From Antedon mediterranea (Eukaryota; Animalia; Echinodermata), in contig NC_092671.1 of NCBI RefSeq assembly GCF_964355755.1, forward strand, positions 310,001 to 374,000: a stretch of 64,000 bases of DNA. The letters run 5' to 3'. How positions within the stretch are numbered: position 1 is the first letter of the stretch; the number at the start of each line of letters is the position of its first letter. The position numbers and the translations under genes were made by a program. Shown here in pieces: positions 57,897 to 64,000 of this stretch. The notes below the pieces were generated by a model, which was given only the letters and a program-made list of their open reading frames with translations, ran no database searches and was not told the origin of the DNA.

Positions 57897-58830
57897 CAAG
57901 ATGGCTTACAGTCAATCATAATATCATTACATGTTACCCGTCTTCCGCCATTATCACGTATAACCTTAGTTATTACAGCACAATATTTGTTTATTTTAAA
58001 CAATTTTAAATTGATACTATTATGTATGTATATTATTAGAACAACATTTATTTTGTTGTAATATTATTATGGTGCAGATTGAAATATGTCCCTGTACTTG
58101 CTGTATGTATATACATGTTATACAACTATTGTAATTTAGTATAGAAAACAAATGTATGTGAAATAACCAGTTGCTTTTGTCACGTGATTTTGTGTTTTTA
58201 CACACATAGAGACGTGGCATATACACTTGTCAGTTGTATATTAAAACTATATACAGTAATGTTGTATAACCACTTTTGAAACAATTCCGACAGTGTTACA
58301 TACATACTCTTTTGGTGAACGTACTATTTCTATGACAGGATTACAAATGTGCTGAATATATAAATATTATATTCTTAGTTTTCTGCAAATATTTTGTGTG
58401 ATAAAAGACAATTCATTATTGAGGGGTTTTTTCTAGGAATATTGAAAACTATTTTATAAATTGTAATAACGTACGGTAGTAGTTAAACAAAATAATACAA
58501 TGAAAACTTGTATTTTCAAAGTAATTATTTATAAATTGTATTTTATCTTTATCTTATTATCTATGAGGAAAAGTTGGTTATGCGATGTTAAAGATATTGC
58601 TATTAATCATTGAGTGATTCAAACATATTATATATTTTATATTTTTCATTTAGTTTTTGATGTATAACTAAAGTCAATTCAATTCAAAATTTAATTTCAC
58701 CACAATAGAAAAATAGTATATAGATAAATAAATATCAACATATAAATGTATAAGCCTATTCATCATCAGCCCTCTTGACACGTACGACAGTGTCTTATTT
58801 CAATCAACATTATTAAAATAAATAAGTTTA

Positions 58831-59000
58831 GTGGTGATCATGTAATCGTAGTATTTTAGTGGTGATCATGGAATCCTGGTACTTTTGTGGTGATCATGGA
58901 ATCCTGGCACTTTTGTGGTGATCATGGAATCCTGGTACTTTTGTGGTGATCATGGAATCCTGGTACTTTTGTGGTGATCATGGAATCCTGGTACTTTTGT
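58831..59000 (+). repeat. 28-bp minisatellite, about 6 copies
   Basis: Unit GTGGTGATCATGGAATCCTGGTACTTTT. Confidence 0.95.
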
Positions 59001-59329
59001 TTACATGAGACCGTCCGATTACCGATCATTTATATTTTAAAATACTCATCAATTTTGATTCGATTGATTTTACTTTCCGTATAGGCCTACTGTGATCTTT
59101 TAACTATATTTTGATTTTTCAATCTGATAGGAATGGAATAGTCGTGTTACATTATTTTACAAAATATTGGACTGACAAAATAATCTATAAAAAGGGGGTA
59201 GAATAATTTTTAATTCTTTGTAACCACTTGAAGTGTTTTATTGTGTATATTATAATAAATATGTGTATATATCTTGGTTTAATGGAGATTGTTGTTTATC
59301 TTTTTTATTCCAGGTACAGTACGTACATA

Positions 59330-61990
59330 CATTTATGTCAACAAATAAAAAGGTCGAAATTTCCCTGGGATTTTTTTTTTAAATGGCCAAAATATCTTTT
59401 TTTAATTCAATTATTATGCAATGATATTGCCATATATGCACATATATTGCGTTGTCATCATCTTATGTCAAAAAATAATAGAGTCATAGTAACCATTTAT
59501 GTCAAAACTATACTATAGCACAATTGACAGAACCCATTATTCGTCTCTGCGCATGTTTATTATGCAATAGTAACCATTTATGTCAAAAAATAAAAGGGTT
59601 GAAAATCGGCCATTTTTCGCAAATTTCCCTGCGCAAAGGGTACAGCTCAGTCTTCTCACTCGGAACGGTAAAGAACGCAAAAAGAAATGGACAAGAAATG
59701 GACAGAGTCATGTGTACTATAGTACAGGGATTTTTTCAAAAAAATTGCCAATTTTCGACCTTTTTATTTTTCGATAAAACTGACATAAAATTAACATGCG
59801 CAGAACTCATTAGTCGCCTCTGCGCATGTTTATTATGCTATAGTAACCATTATGTCAAAACTGGTTACTTATAGCACAATTAACATGCGCAGAACCCATT
59901 AGTCGCTTCTGCGCATGTTTATTATGCTATAGTTACCATTTATGTCAAAAAATAAAAGGGTTGAAATTTCCCTGTACTACAGTACAGGGATTTTTTCAAA
60001 AAAATGGCAAATTTTCGACCTTTTTATTTTTTTATAAAACTGGTTACTAATAGCACAATTAACATGCGCTGAACCCATTAGTCGCCTATGCGCATGTGTA
60101 TTATGCTATAGTAACCATTTATGTCAAAACTGGTTACTATAGCACAATTGACATGCGCAGAACCCATTATTTGTCTCTGCGCATGTTTATTATGCAATAG
60201 TAACCATTTATGTCAAAAAATAAAAGGGTCGAAAATCGGCCATTTTTCGCAAATTTCCCTGCGCAAAGGGTACAGCTCAGTCTTCTCACTCGGAACGGTA
60301 AAGAACGCAAAAAGAAATGGACAAGAAATGGACAGAGCCATGTGGGGTCATTAAAACTGATTTGGACTGGGTCATTAGATAATGAGGAAACTAGACAATT
60401 GGCCAATGGGACCCAAGAATCTAGGAGGTTGTTTTGAATACCGGCATACTAAAAACTGTCAATTTTAGGGGTTTATCACATGATCGATGTATTAAATGAA
60501 TAAAAATATTAAATAATAGAATAATAAGACTAAAATTTGTTGTTAAAAGTTGAGAAAGTCGAGATTTTTTTATCCAATTTTCGAAAAATCCTTGTACTAC
60601 AGTACATGAATTTTGTTTTTTAAAACACGGTAAATTTGACTACAATATGTATGTTGTATTAATTGTTAGTTCTTTTAATATGACGAGACGTTTTTTGTTG
60701 TGTTTTTAGGGTGTGAACAATTGTCAATCAAAATTGTATATATATGTTACTTATATGTAACTATTTAAAAAACCCACCCTGACTTCTGATTGGCCAACCA
60801 TATTCCAAGTAGTTTGATAAGTTAGCCTTTTTAAAAAATTGAGACAAAATTACCGTTAACTTTGTTTGGGGCTTTTTTTCTAGGCCACATGGTATCATAG
60901 GATATGTGTAACTGTAAGAGGAGTAACTAAAGGTTACTGGATAATAACCTCTATAGTACGAGTTATTATCAAAATATATTATTAGAATTGGTGGAATGAA
61001 TTATTTGATTCACATCAAAATGAATTGTAGTGGAATTGCTCTTGAAATAAATATAAAATAATACAGGGATTTTTTCAAAAAAATGGGAAATTTTCGACCT
61101 TTTTATTTTGCGATAAAACTGGTTACTATAGCACAATTAACATGCGCAGAACCCATTAGTCGGCTCTGCGCATGTTTATTATGCTATAGTAACCATTTAT
61201 GTCAAAACTGGTTACTAATAGCACAATTAACATACGCAGAACCCATTAGTGGCGTCTGCGCATGTTTATTATGCTATAGTAACCATTTATGTCAAAACGG
61301 GTTACTATAGCACAATTAACATGCGCAGAACCCGTTATTCGTCTCTGCGCATGTTTTTTATGCAATAGTAACCATTTATTCGACAATCGGCCATTTTTCG
61401 AAAATTCCCCTGTACTATAGTACAACAAAATTTCAATTTTCGACCTTTTTATTTTTCGAAAAAACTGGTTACTAATAGCACAATTAACATGCGCAGAACC
61501 CATTAGTCGCCTCTGCGCATGTTTATTATGCTATAGTAACCATTTATGTCAAAACTGGTTACTATAGCACAATTAACATGCGCAGAACCCATTATTCGTC
61601 TCTGCGCATGTTTATTATGCAATAATAACCATTTATGTCAAATATGGTTATGATAGCACAATTGACATGCGCAGAACCCATTATTCGACTCTGGGCATGT
61701 TTATTATGCAATAGTAACCATTTATGTCAAAAAATAAAAGGGTCAAAAATCGGCAATTTTTCGGAAATTTCCCTTTAAATGGCCAAAAAATCAACTTTTT
61801 AAAATTTAATTATTATGCAATAACATTGCCATATATGCACACATATTGCATTATCATCATCTTATGTCAAAAAATAAAACATTTTTCAAAAATAGGCCAA
61901 AATATGTACTTTTAATCTTTAATTATTATGCAATAATATTTCTGCATATGGGCATAATATTGTATTATAAACATCTTTGGCCATTTTTCG
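59330..61990 (+). repeat. Composite repeat built from an 89-90 bp double-hairpin unit plus larger duplicated blocks
   Basis: Unit TAGCACAATTAACATGCGCAGAACCCATTAGTCGCCTCTGCGCATGTTTATTATGCTATAGTAACCATTTATGTCAAAACTGGTTACTA; 59530-59710 is repeated at 60160-60340. Confidence 0.9.
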
Positions 61991-62778
61991 AAAATGTCAT
62001 AATTTGGTTGATAAAAAAGAAGAAAACATAGCTGAGAGTAGTACTGTTTACTATACTGCAATGATACCAAGTAGCATATTATAAATGTTCAAAATATATA
62101 CAATTAATTGGACAAAAAGCATAAACGCTCTGCGGCGTAATTGGGACGCTTTAAACGGTATTTCTATACCTATTAAGTACGCAAACTATTTTTGTTTAAT
62201 GGTATTGAGTTTGTGTAACGTGTAGTCTAAATGGAAGACATTGACGGTGGCCTATCCATCCACCTTGTTAACAAGTACAAACTAGAAATAATTATATGAA
62301 AGACCAGAGTAAAAAAAAATATTGCTAAGCAAAACATTACAACCCATGTGAGCCTTATTCAAAATGTCCATTATTTCAATCTAATTTAGAAGTCAACTCT
62401 TGACCATACAAAAATACTACAGCGCATATTTTAATCCTTTGCTTACATTCTTTGATAAATGGGTAGGTTACTATTATATATTCCTAGGTTAACATAATAA
62501 CCGTCTTTCCACCGCTTTCAGGAAGCAAATATTATCAGTTCTACCACTTCTTTTTAGTTTTTGGAAAGATAGAAAGCAATGCAGTACACTGTGTATAATA
62601 AAGACCAACAATAATTGAAGTCTTAGTAGCAGTATAGCTTTACATACAAATAAAATTAATTAAATATTAAATTGAGACACTAATTTACATTTTTAATGAA
62701 ATAATACATGTTCATTAATATTACCTACTAAAACCCTGTTACCATTCAACATATATAAAATATACTGTACAATTTCAA

Positions 62779-62971
62779 TACAACTTGTCCATAACAAAAC
62801 ATGGAAGAGAACTAAACACATTACTTGTATAGGATAGTCCAAGATCTATCAATCATGTTGTTTTATTTATTGTACAACTTGTCCATAACAAAACATGGAA
62901 GAGAACTAAACACATTAGTTGTATAGGATAGTCCACGATCTATCAATCATGTTGTTTTATTTATTGTACAA
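62779..62971 (+). repeat. 94-bp tandem duplication
   Basis: TACAACTTGTCCATAAC...TTTATTTATTG present twice with two substitutions. Confidence 0.9.
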
Positions 62972-64000
62972 TCCCACAAGCATCATTTATTGTGAATCTT
63001 TTTTACAAATTTCAAACAATAATTTCTTGTATATTAAATAAAATTATTAATTACACTTATAAAATAGGCCAAATGAATGGGTTTTTTTATAAATAAATAA
63101 ATAAATAAACCAAAAATAAATTAGAAAAATACTGCTACAAAATGTGTGTAAAAATACTAGTGGTGGCAAAAGGCACAATATTTGAGATTAAGGAAGGCAA
63201 ATCTAGAAGACATTATTGGCAATAAATATAGTATCATGTCAGTATTCATACCTTTTTTGGGTCACCAAAATGAAATATTACTTGTTTCTGTTCCTGCACA
63301 TTCTACTAAGTACAAGAGAATACCATGTCCAAACTCATAGTCCACACTGATAATACTAACTTGTGTCCAAAAACATTTTTTTTTTGTCTTTTCTCTTTTA
63401 CCAAAAAACATTTTATTTTTACAAAAACGTTTCTTTTGGAATGTAGCACACATCAAAATAAAATTATTTCTGGAAATTAAAAATTGTTATGACTGGATTT
63501 GAATTTGATTGTTTAAATTTGGTTTCTCTCAAATAATTTTCCACATTTAATTTTTTTTTTTCTTTATACCATTGTTGAATTGATTTATACATATTTCACC
63601 TTTGACCTTTTCATATAAGCCTTAGCTTCATATAATCAAGGTACAACTCTTAGAAAGAATACATATATATATATATTATTTTTATAATTATTGATCCTTA
63701 TTATTATTTGTTTTAACATGCTAACCATTAAACGACATATCAAAGTCATCCACTATTAAAGGTTGATTATCATCTTCTATTTCATCTATTAGATTTTTCT
63801 TTTCATCTAAACTTAGTTGCGAGCCACTGTTTCGATCATTGTAAAGGGATCCATATGCTGGATTTGAAAAATTACTAGTCTGAAAAATGTAAAATTGTCA
63901 TTATTATTATTATTTTAATATCTAATAAATAAGGATGATAGAAATGAGGATGAATTTCATTGTCTTATTGACTTATCAATAAAGAGGGAGCCCTTTATTT

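Noticed and set aside
63934-63985. EDEFHCL, resembling the C-terminal zinc-knuckle region of LINE ORF2
   Set aside because: Too short, with no flanking cysteines or RT sequence.

Overview
AT-rich animal genomic DNA, probably from a marine invertebrate (inference); there are no prokaryotic features. The window is dominated by one + strand spliced gene: a membrane receptor guanylyl cyclase of the natriuretic peptide receptor (NPR1/NPR2) type. I traced 19 GT-AG exons from 12219 to the stop at 56379. They splice in frame to 723 aa: end of the extracellular domain, TM helix, pseudokinase, coiled coil and an intact cyclase domain. The 5' exons were not found and probably lie upstream of the window. 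The introns and flanks hold an intact 1092-aa RTE-like LINE, a 5'-truncated L2/CR1-group LINE, several MITE- and HINE-like elements, and at least eight unrelated tandem-repeat families. The most unusual observations are: apparent 5'UTR/3'UTR complementarity in the full-length LINE; a double-hairpin 89-bp composite repeat; strong enrichment of TAGGCCTA; a TTA-TSD MITE inside a telomere-like satellite; and a shortened juxtamembrane disulfide loop in the receptor.
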